Positions 1 to 8,220 are shown, counted from the stretch's first letter. The stretch: 58,227 nucleotides of DNA from a virus (IMGVR_UViG_3300027708_003611:1-58227); one strand, 5' to 3'. Translations and numbers: made by a program. The notes: a model not told the origin generated them from the sequence alone.

Positions 1-9
1 AATAAGAAA

Positions 10-738
10 ATGTTTAATTTATTCCCACAGAAGAAGTCAGTTGATGAGATACTAGAAGACTCAAAGCCTAAGATTAATATAACTGCAGAATGGAATGAGC
101 TTTTAAAGGAAGTTTTGCAGTTAAGACCTTTGAAAGAAGAGAATACTGAACTAATAGTAAGATTACAAATTGTTCAGAATGACTATAAAAAGTGTACTGA
201 ACAAAGAGATGAATATAAACATCAGCTCAATGCAGCTAATAAGGAGATTGAAAAGCTAAAGAAAGATATTGTAGATTATGTTTTTGAGAAGGATGATAAA
301 ATTAACAATCTTCAGAAAGAGCTCAATCATATGAAAGCTGTTGCAGAGGGTGCAATTAGTTTATGTGATCTGTCTGATAAGACTGATTATGATTTGTATA
401 AAGCTCAAAAGCATCCTATGTACCCTCTTCACTGGATGGGACTCGATCCATTAATCCATGAACAAGCAAAGGACCTTACTATTGAAGAGACTATAGATAA
501 GGTTAGAAAGAAGACACCTTGGGTTGAAGAGCCTATTAATTGGGGAGGTTATGATGGAGCAGCTTCAGCATACCCAGAGCAGTATTCAAAATGGTTAAAT
601 GAACAAAAAGATAAAACTACTGTTAAACTAGAAGAGTCTTGGGAAGAAGCAGCATCTGATTTAGCTTTGAGAGTTGTGAAGCTTGAAAAGCAAATAAAAG
701 AGCTTACACTTATTAAACTATGCCAGAAGCCATCTTAA
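10..738 (+). CDS. hypothetical coiled-coil protein
   Basis: 242 aa ORF, heptad-like K/E/L-rich stretches; no recognised motif. Confidence 0.6.
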   Translation: MFNLFPQKKSVDEILEDSKPKINITAEWNELLKEVLQLRPLKEENTELIVRLQIVQNDYKKCTEQRDEYKHQLNAANKEIEKLKKDIVDYVFEKDDKINNLQKELNHMKAVAEGAISLCDLSDKTDYDLYKAQKHPMYPLHWMGLDPLIHEQAKDLTIEETIDKVRKKTPWVEEPINWGGYDGAASAYPEQYSKWLNEQKDKTTVKLEESWEEAASDLALRVVKLEKQIKELTLIKLCQKPS

Positions 739-950
739 AGTTTAATCTCCCTGAGGAGCAAAGTGATTTTGATACAGCAAATAATGGCGGAAAGTATTAT
801 TTGGTTCTTTGGGATTTAGATCAGTATCTTAGAAACTTTATCAAATACCCATCTGAAGGAGAAGATCCAATTCTTACTGATACTATGGCAAAGGTAAGAG
901 ATGAACTGCACAGCTTAATGAAATCTTATCATATTGATTTTAATATATGA
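720..950 (+). CDS. hypothetical phage protein
   Basis: 76 aa ORF overlapping the previous gene. Confidence 0.6.
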   Translation: MPEAILKFNLPEEQSDFDTANNGGKYYLVLWDLDQYLRNFIKYPSEGEDPILTDTMAKVRDELHSLMKSYHIDFNI

Positions 951-1063
951 AATTTTATATAACAGAGTTTAAAGTAAAGCCAGACTTTTATTATGTTATG
1001 GATACAAGATGTAATAAGCTAAGAAAATTTATTGAGTGGCTTTGGTTTAGAATTGAATACTAA
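947..1063 (+). CDS. small hypothetical protein (38 aa, not in ORF track)
   Basis: ATGA overlap with upstream stop; MKFYITEFKVKPDFYYVMDTRCNKLRKFIEWLWFRIEY; stop 1 nt before the cysC ATG. Confidence 0.4.
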   Translation: MKFYITEFKVKPDFYYVMDTRCNKLRKFIEWLWFRIEY

Positions 1064-1064
1064 T

Positions 1065-1607
1065 ATGAAGCCTACTGTTGTATGGATTACAGGGCTATCT
1101 GGAGCTGGTAAGACAACTTTAGCTAATGCTTTATATGAAAAGTGTAAAGATCAATACAGAGTAGGTATTATAGATGGAGATATAATTAGATCTCAATATG
1201 ATAAACCAAAAGGTTTTGATATAAAAAGCAGAGAAAGAATAGTATCAGAAGCAGTATACATAGCAAAAAATATATTAACCTTTCAAAAGGCTAATCTTGT
1301 TATTGTTGCTATGATTTCACCTCTTCAATATATGAGAGACAATGCTCGTAATATTTTAATAAAATACTGTGATGCAAGATTCATTGAAGTTTATATTAAT
1401 ACACCTCTCGGTCTATGTGAAGTGAGAGATTCAAAAGGTCTTTATAAGAAGGCTCGAGCAGGGGAGATTAAAGAATTTACTGGTATTAGTTCACCTTATG
1501 AGCCTGCATTGAATGCAGAAATTATAATACCTGCTGTTTACCCTGTTGATTATTCAGTAAAAGAAATCTATAATAAGATACATGAAAAAAGTACTACAAC
1601 CAACTAA
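1065..1607 (+). CDS. cysC: adenylyl-sulfate (APS) kinase
   Basis: WITGLSGAGKTT P-loop, DGD.IR, ISP, RDSKGLYKKARAGEIKEFTGISSPYE signature; ATG at 1065 preferred over TTG 1032. Confidence 0.93.
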   Translation: MKPTVVWITGLSGAGKTTLANALYEKCKDQYRVGIIDGDIIRSQYDKPKGFDIKSRERIVSEAVYIAKNILTFQKANLVIVAMISPLQYMRDNARNILIKYCDARFIEVYINTPLGLCEVRDSKGLYKKARAGEIKEFTGISSPYEPALNAEIIIPAVYPVDYSVKEIYNKIHEKSTTTN

Positions 1608-2001
1608 TGATGTTTATATTCAGTTTACTGAAGAAGAGCTAAGCTCTATTGGAGCAGGCCCTGGAACTAAATTTGAAACTAAAATACACGATGACGGTTC
1701 TATTGAGCTTCGTCCTTATGCTAAAGTGGAGATTGATATCTCGGATTGGCCCAAAGAGGTTCTTGAGACGATTATTGAGAAGTCTTGTGAAGAAGATATT
1801 TCCGCTAACGATATTATTAATAATATGTTGAAAGATTCTTTAAACAAGTATCCGACAGATGAAGTTTTTTATAGTAAAACTACAAAAAGTTGCTGTGAAA
1901 ACAATACTTTAAATAGCATTTGTGGTACATCTAGTCACGATGTAGTGCTTCCTACAGCTTTTAATTCAAATTACACAGCATCGTCAGGAGATATTCTATG
2001 A
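1582..2001 (+). CDS. hypothetical protein, N-terminus AbrB/MazE-like
   Basis: YIQFTEEELSSIG.GPGTKF....DDGSIELRP resembles a swapped-hairpin pattern. Confidence 0.4.
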   Translation: MKKVLQPTNDVYIQFTEEELSSIGAGPGTKFETKIHDDGSIELRPYAKVEIDISDWPKEVLETIIEKSCEEDISANDIINNMLKDSLNKYPTDEVFYSKTTKSCCENNTLNSICGTSSHDVVLPTAFNSNYTASSGDIL

Positions 2002-2297
2002 ATTTTTCAAACCCTTTAGAAATAATTTTAACAGTTATTCTTATTTTTGGTTCTCTTTATATAATTGAACGAGTTATTGCAGGAGCATTTAAGACTGTTA
2101 TTTTTGCACTTGTTATTGTAGTTGTACTAGGAACATATACATATAAGAATCATTTTAAAGTACAACCTCTTCCAAAGATTGAATGGCAAGATTTTACAGA
2201 CTTTAGTCGTTTTGAAAAAAAATACGGGATATATGCTAAACAAACTGTAAAAGATATTAAAGAAGATTTTAAGCAATCTAAAAAGAATTTAAAATAA
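1998..2297 (+). CDS. hypothetical membrane protein
   Basis: two N-terminal hydrophobic segments. Confidence 0.6.
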   Translation: MNFSNPLEIILTVILIFGSLYIIERVIAGAFKTVIFALVIVVVLGTYTYKNHFKVQPLPKIEWQDFTDFSRFEKKYGIYAKQTVKDIKEDFKQSKKNLK

Positions 2298-2300
2298 ATC

Positions 2301-2329
2301 TTGCCTGCAATTTAAATTGCTCTTACTAT
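2301..2329 (+). promoter_or_regulatory. sigma70-like early promoter
   Basis: TTGCCT-N17-TACTAT, 9 nt before ATG 2339. Confidence 0.55.
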
Positions 2330-2338
2330 TAATAGGTA

Positions 2339-2611
2339 ATGAAAATACTACCTAAAACAATTAACTCAAAAGGGTTTACATATACACAAATTATTCGCGA
2401 TGGTAAGAAAGCAATTTACCGTCAAGATAAAGAAGGATATACATCACCTTCTTTTGAAGTTATTAAAATCGGGAGTCATAATGGCTATGAACTAAACAAT
2501 ACAAAAATACCTGCAGCTGAAACCTACCCAAGCACTTCGCTTTGGGGTATCCAAGGATGGACATTTCGAAACATTGACGATGCAAAAAAGAAATTTAAAA
2601 AAGTTTCCTAA
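2339..2611 (+). CDS. hypothetical phage protein
   Basis: 90 aa ORF, ETYPSTSLWGIQGWT motif. Confidence 0.65.
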   Translation: MKILPKTINSKGFTYTQIIRDGKKAIYRQDKEGYTSPSFEVIKIGSHNGYELNNTKIPAAETYPSTSLWGIQGWTFRNIDDAKKKFKKVS

Positions 2612-2618
2612 ATTCTTC

Positions 2619-2646
2619 TTGCATTCCTAATTTAATTCGCCATAAT
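2619..2646 (+). promoter_or_regulatory. sigma70-like early promoter
   Basis: TTGCAT-N16-CATAAT upstream of ATG 2657. Confidence 0.5.
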
Positions 2647-2656
2647 CAATAACGAA

Positions 2657-3727
2657 ATGAACACACAACTACTTCAAGACTTTGAGTCAAGGACCACAGT
2701 CATTAATCAGCAAATCGACGAGTATTGCAAAACACCAGTTCAGCTCGGTGAGGTACGTAAGTCAGGTCAAAGTTTTTACTACGGACAGACCCCTGTAGCA
2801 GAAACTGCACTCAAAGATCTTCTTAATATTTTTTCAATTAAGGAGAAGCTTGTTGAAGAAATTAAGGACGACAAGGATCAGTGGGAACCTCTTCAGCATT
2901 GCTTAGCAAATATTAAGAAAGATCGTTCTACTATTACTGCTGTCCGTCACGGAGAAACAAATGGTGGTACTATTGTACGTTTTATTGATTCAGCTATTGA
3001 AGAAGAGCGTCCTCTAGAGCTTAACAAAGGTATTGAGCTGATGCATTCTTATCTTTCTGACAAGAACGACGACATTAAGCTTCAGGGGCTTTATTTTAAT
3101 CCTCAGACTCTTCAAATTGAGACTCAAATTCGTCATCTTGAAAACAAGATTGATACTTTTGGAGACGGTCAAGATCTTTGGGACTCAGGTTTTGGTTTTA
3201 ATTACGGAGAAGGTAAAACCCAGATTCTTCCTTACTTTCTTCGTTTGATTTGTACAAACGGAATGACAGCAACGCATATGGTTAATCAGCGTTACTTTCA
3301 AAGTCGTGAACTTAAGCAGAACTCGTTCACTAAGCTTATTAATAAGGTTCTTGATGAAGATCTTACAGGAACAGTTCGTGCTAATTGCGGACGTCTTAAG
3401 AATACTAACGCATCACTTCGTGAGTTCTATAATGCTCGTAATATCCTTATGGGTCGCTCGGCTGAGCTTGCTAAGACTTATTTTGATGATGGTGAGATTA
3501 AGGAAGCATATCGTGAGGAAAAGCTTCGTTATAAGAACAAGCGCTGGTTGGCTTCTGCTAACTCTAACGTGAATGCTTACGATTTCTTTAATCGTTTGAC
3601 TCATTGCACCTCACACGCATCACTTGATGATACTACTCGTCTTCAGCTCAATCACGGAGCTTCAGAGATCTTCTTTAAAGGGCCTGATTTTGCCTATCGT
3701 GCACCAGATCCATTTGCAAAGAAGTAA
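2657..3727 (+). CDS. DUF932-like protein
   Basis: RLICTNGM motif and C-terminal NAYDFFNRLTHCTSH; CGT/CTT/AAG-rich codon usage. Confidence 0.65.
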   Translation: MNTQLLQDFESRTTVINQQIDEYCKTPVQLGEVRKSGQSFYYGQTPVAETALKDLLNIFSIKEKLVEEIKDDKDQWEPLQHCLANIKKDRSTITAVRHGETNGGTIVRFIDSAIEEERPLELNKGIELMHSYLSDKNDDIKLQGLYFNPQTLQIETQIRHLENKIDTFGDGQDLWDSGFGFNYGEGKTQILPYFLRLICTNGMTATHMVNQRYFQSRELKQNSFTKLINKVLDEDLTGTVRANCGRLKNTNASLREFYNARNILMGRSAELAKTYFDDGEIKEAYREEKLRYKNKRWLASANSNVNAYDFFNRLTHCTSHASLDDTTRLQLNHGASEIFFKGPDFAYRAPDPFAKK

Positions 3728-3747
3728 TAACTAACATATATAATAAT

Positions 3748-3972
3748 ATGTCTGTAAACGTAATAGTAAAAGTTCGCTCCGGAGAACCTATCGATCGTGC
3801 TCTTAAAAGATTAAAAGGACGAATTGAACAAGAAGGTATTATTGAAGATGTGCGTCGTAAGCGAGCTTTCGAAACTCCTGCTCAAGTTCAAAAACGTAAA
3901 GCTAAAAAACTTACAAAAGCTTGGAAGTTTATGAAAGCTGAAGCTCGAGTAAACCGGGAGCGTAATAACTAA
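3748..3972 (+). CDS. rpsU: phage-encoded 30S ribosomal protein bS21
   Basis: VKVRSGEPIDRALKRLK...EGIIEDVRRKRAFETPA matches the bS21 consensus (GE.ID.ALKR.K ... R..FEKP). Confidence 0.9.
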   Translation: MSVNVIVKVRSGEPIDRALKRLKGRIEQEGIIEDVRRKRAFETPAQVQKRKAKKLTKAWKFMKAEARVNRERNN

Positions 3973-3978
3973 TAATTT

Positions 3979-4114
3979 CTAGACGATTTAAGCGTTCAGT
4001 ATACACTCAATGACGAGGCTCTGGAAAAAGCGGTTGTCCCTTGAAGCTTTTAGGGATTGTCAGAGCCAAGTACTGATACAGTATGCTTATTCAGTAGCGT
4101 TATAAATCGTCTAG
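3979..4114 (+). ncRNA. putative structured RNA (rod with central bubble, 6S-like)
   Basis: ctagacgattta 3979-3990 pairs perfectly with taaatcgtctag 4103-4114 (extends to ~18 bp with G-U pairs and a bulge); inner stems ggctctg/cagagcc and tccct/aggga; fills almost the whole intergenic gap. Confidence 0.6.
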
Positions 4115-4121
4115 CTCTTTT

Positions 4122-4625
4122 ATGAATAAGACATATATTGATTGGAATCAAATTTATAGAGATATTGACAACCTTTCAATGCTTGTTGCATTAAAAAAGA
4201 AACCTGATGCTATTGTGGCAATCGGTAGAGGTGGTTTAATACCAGCTACTATTTTAAGCTATAATCTTAACATTAAAGTAATTCAAAATTTTCAAATTGA
4301 ATCATATGAAGGAGAAACCAATACTGGTGTTCATAAATTATGGCAAAGTCCTGAATTTCATTTTGTAGAAGCTTTTAGCGGTAAAAATATTCTCGTAGTA
4401 GATGATTTAGCAGATAGTGGTAATACACTACGTCTTGTTAAGCGGTTCTTTGAGTACAAGAACATCAATCTCCTGTTTGCTACTCTTTACACTAAAAAGG
4501 GTACAGCATTCACTCCCGACGTTAGTCTTCGTGAGTATAGTACTGAGGAATGGATTGTTTTTCCGTGGGAAGAGATGAATAGTGCTTGCACTCCATGTAA
4601 TAAGCAGCTATATTTTAATATCTAA
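4122..4625 (+). CDS. type I purine phosphoribosyltransferase (Gpt-like)
   Basis: AIGRGGLIPA, VVDDLADSGNT PRPP motif, WIVFPWE. Confidence 0.88.
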   Translation: MNKTYIDWNQIYRDIDNLSMLVALKKKPDAIVAIGRGGLIPATILSYNLNIKVIQNFQIESYEGETNTGVHKLWQSPEFHFVEAFSGKNILVVDDLADSGNTLRLVKRFFEYKNINLLFATLYTKKGTAFTPDVSLREYSTEEWIVFPWEEMNSACTPCNKQLYFNI

Positions 4626-4673
4626 CATGATCTGTAGTGAATTCATTATAAGCGATCGAATATGACTTTTTAC

Positions 4674-4764
4674 ACTGGGTTAGTGTAAATGGAAGCACCG
4701 ACAGCCTTATAAACTGTGTTCGCCAGATTAGCGACGAGCGTGGGTTCGATTCCCACACCCAGTA
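4674..4764 (+). tRNA. tRNA-Ile(UAU), long variable arm
   Basis: acceptor actgggt/acccagt, anticodon arm acagc-CTTATAA-actgt, variable stem tcgc..gcga, T-arm gtggg-TTCGATT-cccac; no encoded CCA. Confidence 0.8.
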
Positions 4765-4777
4765 TTAATTTTAAAAT

Positions 4778-5053
4778 ATGCCTACTATAAGAATACCTAC
4801 ACCTTTAAGAAGATTAACAGATGGTCATGAAGAATGGACTGTATGTAATAGTCCAACTTTGAATGGCTGTTTAAACCATTTATGTAATTCATTTCCATCT
4901 ATTAAGGAAAGAATTTTTGACGAAAATAATGAAATAAGAAGATTTATTAATATTTTTGTTAATGATGAAGATATTCGTTTTCTACAAGATCTTAATACAC
5001 CTATTAAATTGAATGATGTTATCTCTATTGTGCCAGCTATAGCAGGAGGCTAG
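4778..5053 (+). CDS. MoaD/ThiS/CysO-family ubiquitin-like sulfur carrier
   Basis: IRIPTPLR, RRFINIFVNDEDIR, C-terminal IVPAIAGG di-glycine. Confidence 0.9.
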   Translation: MPTIRIPTPLRRLTDGHEEWTVCNSPTLNGCLNHLCNSFPSIKERIFDENNEIRRFINIFVNDEDIRFLQDLNTPIKLNDVISIVPAIAGG

Positions 5054-5060
5054 ATTATGA

Positions 5061-5135
5061 TCCCAAGTAGCTCAACGGTAGAGCAGCGAGCTGTTAACTC
5101 GCATGTTGTTGGTTCGAATCCAGCCTTGGGAGCCA
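5061..5135 (+). tRNA. tRNA-Asn(GUU)
   Basis: tcccaag/cttggga acceptor, gcgag-CTGTTAA-ctcgc, TTCGAAT, encoded CCA. Confidence 0.95.
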
Positions 5136-5151
5136 CTCAACCAGTGCGCCT

Positions 5152-5200
5152 GTCCCGAAAATTAAAAATCTTGCGTCCTTTTTAATTTTCGGGACTTTTT
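5152..5200 (+). terminator. long hairpin / intrinsic terminator
   Basis: 17-bp perfect inverted repeat gtcccgaaaattaaaaa / tttttaattttcgggac followed by T5. Confidence 0.7.
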
Positions 5201-5225
5201 AGCACATTTTTTATAATTAAAATAT

Positions 5226-5825
5226 ATGAATAAATACTTTGATTGCGGTACTCACGAGTTTGAGGGATTTAAAAAAATTACTGATATTCTTAAAGCAGAT
5301 AAAACATGGCAATGCTATTGTTTAGAAGCAAATCCCATAACTTACGTTAAATCTAAAAGTATTTTAGCTAAATTAGTATCTAGCTATAATATTGAACATT
5401 ATAATGTAGCTGTTACTGATTTTAATGGGTATACAAACGTTAATTGTGCTTACAAAATAAAAGACGGTAACGATCCATCTGATTTGTTTAGTTTCACAGA
5501 TGATGCGTCAAATATTCTATCCAACCCTCCTAGAGAGTTTGGTTATGTAAATATGCCGTTTATTGTACATGCAATCGATTTTGCAAAATTTTTAACATCA
5601 AGATGTGTTAAAGAAGATTATATTGCTGTTAAATTAGATATTGAAGGATGCGAATTTGGTGTAATCGATAAACTAATTGAAACAGGTACTATAGAATATA
5701 TTAATGAATTATTTGTAGAGTATCATGAGAGATTTTTTGATATTCCTGATTTTTACGCAGCTAAAAGAAAAAAATACGAAGAGTATTTTGCTGAGCATAA
5801 TATAAAGCATACTATTTGGGAATAA
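5226..5825 (+). CDS. FkbM-family methyltransferase
   Basis: FDCG, EANP, VKLDIEGCEF, LFVEYH motifs. Confidence 0.8.
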   Translation: MNKYFDCGTHEFEGFKKITDILKADKTWQCYCLEANPITYVKSKSILAKLVSSYNIEHYNVAVTDFNGYTNVNCAYKIKDGNDPSDLFSFTDDASNILSNPPREFGYVNMPFIVHAIDFAKFLTSRCVKEDYIAVKLDIEGCEFGVIDKLIETGTIEYINELFVEYHERFFDIPDFYAAKRKKYEEYFAEHNIKHTIWE

Positions 5826-5826
5826 T

Positions 5827-6354
5827 ATGAATGTTGGTAAGCATACGTACGGTTTAGAACACATACGTACAAAAAATTGGGGCGAAAAAGCAGAGCTTCA
5901 TATTGGTGCTTTTTGTAGTATAGCAGAAGGACTAGTAGTATATTTAGGAGGTAATCATCGCACAGAATGGGTGTCTACGTTTCCGTTTCATACCTGGAAT
6001 TTACCTGGGTATGATCCTGCTACCTCACATACTGCTAACGGCGATGTTATTATAGGTAACGATGTATGGATAGGGGCTAATGCAACAATTATGTCAGGTA
6101 TCACTATCGGGGACGGTGCTGTAATTGGTGCTAATAGTAATATTACAAAAAATGTTGATCCTTATACTATTGTTGGTGGTAATCCTGCAAAATTAATCCG
6201 CAAAAGGTTTACAGATGAACAAATAAAAAAACTTTTAAAGTTAGCCTGGTGGAATAAAACAGATGACGTAATAAAACATCTTACACCTTACTTGCTTTCT
6301 ACTAATATTGAAGAGCTTTTTATTTTTGTACAAGAAAGAGGATTTAAATTTTAA
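5827..6354 (+). CDS. CatB/Vat-like hexapeptide O-acetyltransferase
   Basis: IGAFCSIA, GNH, IGNDVWIG, IGDGAVIGA, VGGNPAK.IRKRF, WWN. Confidence 0.9.
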   Translation: MNVGKHTYGLEHIRTKNWGEKAELHIGAFCSIAEGLVVYLGGNHRTEWVSTFPFHTWNLPGYDPATSHTANGDVIIGNDVWIGANATIMSGITIGDGAVIGANSNITKNVDPYTIVGGNPAKLIRKRFTDEQIKKLLKLAWWNKTDDVIKHLTPYLLSTNIEELFIFVQERGFKF

Positions 6355-6624
6355 ATGAAAGAAATTATTAAAGAAATATCAGGAGCGATAATGACTATAT
6401 CGTTTATGCTTTGTTATGTACCACAAATACATAAAATTATTAAGCATGAAAGTTCAAAAGATATTTCACCGTGGATGATTATACTTGGTATGTTGGGTTA
6501 TATTTTTGGTATGGTATATATGTATGCAAATATTTTTGGTATTTGGTGGTTTTTGAATTATTTTACTGGCATCGTTACGTCTTCGGTATTATTATATTAC
6601 TGGTATAAGCACAAAAATGATTAA
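6355..6624 (+). CDS. PQ-loop / SemiSWEET-like membrane protein
   Basis: YVPQIHK...SSKDIS with three hydrophobic helices in 89 aa. Confidence 0.75.
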   Translation: MKEIIKEISGAIMTISFMLCYVPQIHKIIKHESSKDISPWMIILGMLGYIFGMVYMYANIFGIWWFLNYFTGIVTSSVLLYYWYKHKND

Positions 6625-6778
6625 ACTAAATCCCATTCGTATTTTTTTACAAAATGTGTTTTTTCGTATTTGGAACAGTTTTATTCCAAATTTTATATTT
6701 ATTTGCTTGCTTATTTACGTAATTTGGTCTTTAATAGCGTAGTAATGAATAAAAAGATATTAAACAAATAACAATTTC

Positions 6779-6854
6779 GGGCTTGTAGCTCAATGGTCAG
6801 AGCAGTCGGCTCATAACTGATTGGTTGTAGGTTCGAATCCTACCGGGCCCACCA
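6779..6854 (+). tRNA. tRNA with CAU anticodon, probably Ile2 (lysidine); Met not excluded
   Basis: gggcttg/cgggccc acceptor, CTCATAA loop, discriminator A + CCA; lacks the fMet GGG/CCC anticodon stem. Confidence 0.85.
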
Positions 6855-6867
6855 AATAAAAAAAATT

Positions 6868-7038
6868 ATGAATGAAATAATAACATCAACTGAAGCAAAA
6901 GTATTTCAACTCTGTATTGATTTAGAAGAAATGAAAACTCGTAAGAAAGCATCTGCGAAAAGCTTTAACGAAGAGATTAAGAGGATACAAGCTGAAATTA
7001 AAGATTTAATTAATCCACCTGAAGAAGAGCTTCCTTAA
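6868..7038 (+). CDS. small coiled-coil hypothetical protein (56 aa, not in ORF track)
   Basis: MNEIITSTEAKVFQLCIDLEEMKTRKKASAKSFNEEIKRIQAEIKDLINPPEEELP fills the gap between two tRNAs. Confidence 0.6.
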   Translation: MNEIITSTEAKVFQLCIDLEEMKTRKKASAKSFNEEIKRIQAEIKDLINPPEEELP

Positions 7039-7045
7039 CGAATAT

Positions 7046-7121
7046 GCCTGTGTAGTCCAACGGCAGAGACAAGCGACTTAAAATCGCTCCAGTATCGGTT
7101 CGAATCCGATCACAGGTACCA
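7046..7121 (+). tRNA. tRNA-Leu(UAA), short variable loop
   Basis: gcctgtg/cacaggt, agcga-CTTAAAA-tcgct, TTCGAAT, CCA; 76 nt. Confidence 0.9.
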
Positions 7122-7130
7122 ATTTTAAAA

Positions 7131-7343
7131 ATGAAACAACATTCTGATTACGCATTTTGGATAAAATTTAAAGGTCACGAATTTGTCTGCAATGTAGAAG
7201 GTACAAACGTAGCTATCGAGAGTAAAGGTATTATAGAAGAAACAGAATACGAAGTTCTTCGTAATTATCTTGAAGATGAGGGCTTTATACAAGAAATTGA
7301 TCGCCAAAAAGGCATTTTAAATCTTTTTAATAAGCACTCGTAG
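7131..7343 (+). CDS. hypothetical protein
   Basis: 70 aa ORF; last 10 nt overlap tRNA-Arg. Confidence 0.55.
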   Translation: MKQHSDYAFWIKFKGHEFVCNVEGTNVAIESKGIIEETEYEVLRNYLEDEGFIQEIDRQKGILNLFNKHS

Positions 7344-7409
7344 CTCAGTGGATAGAGCAGGGGTTTTCTAAACCCTTGGTCGCAGGTTCAATCCCTGCCG
7401 GGTGTACCA
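7334..7409 (+). tRNA. tRNA-Arg(UCU)
   Basis: gcactcg/cgggtgt, ggggt-TTTCTAA-accct, GTTCAAT, CCA. Confidence 0.9.
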
Positions 7410-7418
7410 CAAATTTAT

Positions 7419-7492
7419 GGAGTTGTAGCTCAGTTGGTTAGAGCATCTGACTGTCACTTAGAAGGTCGCGGGTTCGAGCCCCGTCAACTCCG
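7419..7492 (+). tRNA. tRNA-Asp(GUC)
   Basis: ggagttg/caactcc, CTGTCAC loop, TTCGAGC, discriminator G, no encoded CCA. Confidence 0.93.
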
Positions 7493-7497
7493 GAAAA

Positions 7498-7569
<72 letters not shown>

Positions 7570-7579
7570 CTTCTTTTAC

Positions 7580-8218
7580 CTACCACCCCGCTGCTTCTGA
7601 GATGTTAGGAAAGTTTTGTCTAAATATATTTTTAATATCATTAGCTATAACCCTATGCTCTTTTTGCGTATCATCTTTACATCTTATCTCAAGATAATGA
7701 AGCCAAGAACGGACTGTCCCATTCATGTAGAGCGTTGTAGATGTGTTAAGAGGAAGAATCATTCTCGCACACTCTTTTGCAATACCACTATTAATAAGAT
7801 TATTATAAAGAAGTAGATTATCTTGCTGCATTTTAGCAAGTTGTATAGCAACATCAGGAAATAAACTAACTATCTCGTCACTAATTTGACGATTTGTTTT
7901 ACCTTGTTTTCTCCACTCAATTTCTTCTAATTCTGTGGCAGTAGAATATCGTTGACTAAATTCTTGAAAAGAAAAACTACGATGTCGAAGAATTTGTGCT
8001 GCAATAGCTCTACTAGTTTTAATTTCAAATGTCATCGAGACCATTTCAAATGGACTCCAATGTTTATGTAAAATTAAATATTTTAATAGCTTTGGAGCTG
8101 TTTCAGTATTAAGTTGATTAGCTGGATTACTAACTCTAGCGCAGTATGTAATTAAATCTTCTGCGCTAGAAATTCCATCGATAACTGGTTTAGTTATCGA
8201 AACAATTTTTACTGACAC
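7580..8218 (-). CDS. thyX: FAD-dependent thymidylate synthase
   Basis: HWSPFE, QILRHRSFSFQEFSQRY, ARMILP, TQKEHR. Confidence 0.95.
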   Translation of the reverse strand: MSVKIVSITKPVIDGISSAEDLITYCARVSNPANQLNTETAPKLLKYLILHKHWSPFEMVSMTFEIKTSRAIAAQILRHRSFSFQEFSQRYSTATELEEIEWRKQGKTNRQISDEIVSLFPDVAIQLAKMQQDNLLLYNNLINSGIAKECARMILPLNTSTTLYMNGTVRSWLHYLEIRCKDDTQKEHRVIANDIKNIFRQNFPNISEAAGW

Positions 8219-8220
8219 TT

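Noticed and set aside
4701-4717. Ochre-suppressor (UUA) reading of the tRNA anticodon
   Set aside because: Stem symmetry and U33 place the anticodon at TAT 4708-4710
5827-6354. Antibiotic resistance gene (catB/vat)
   Set aside because: The fold is shared with sugar O-acetyltransferases, and the FkbM neighbour favours glycan modification
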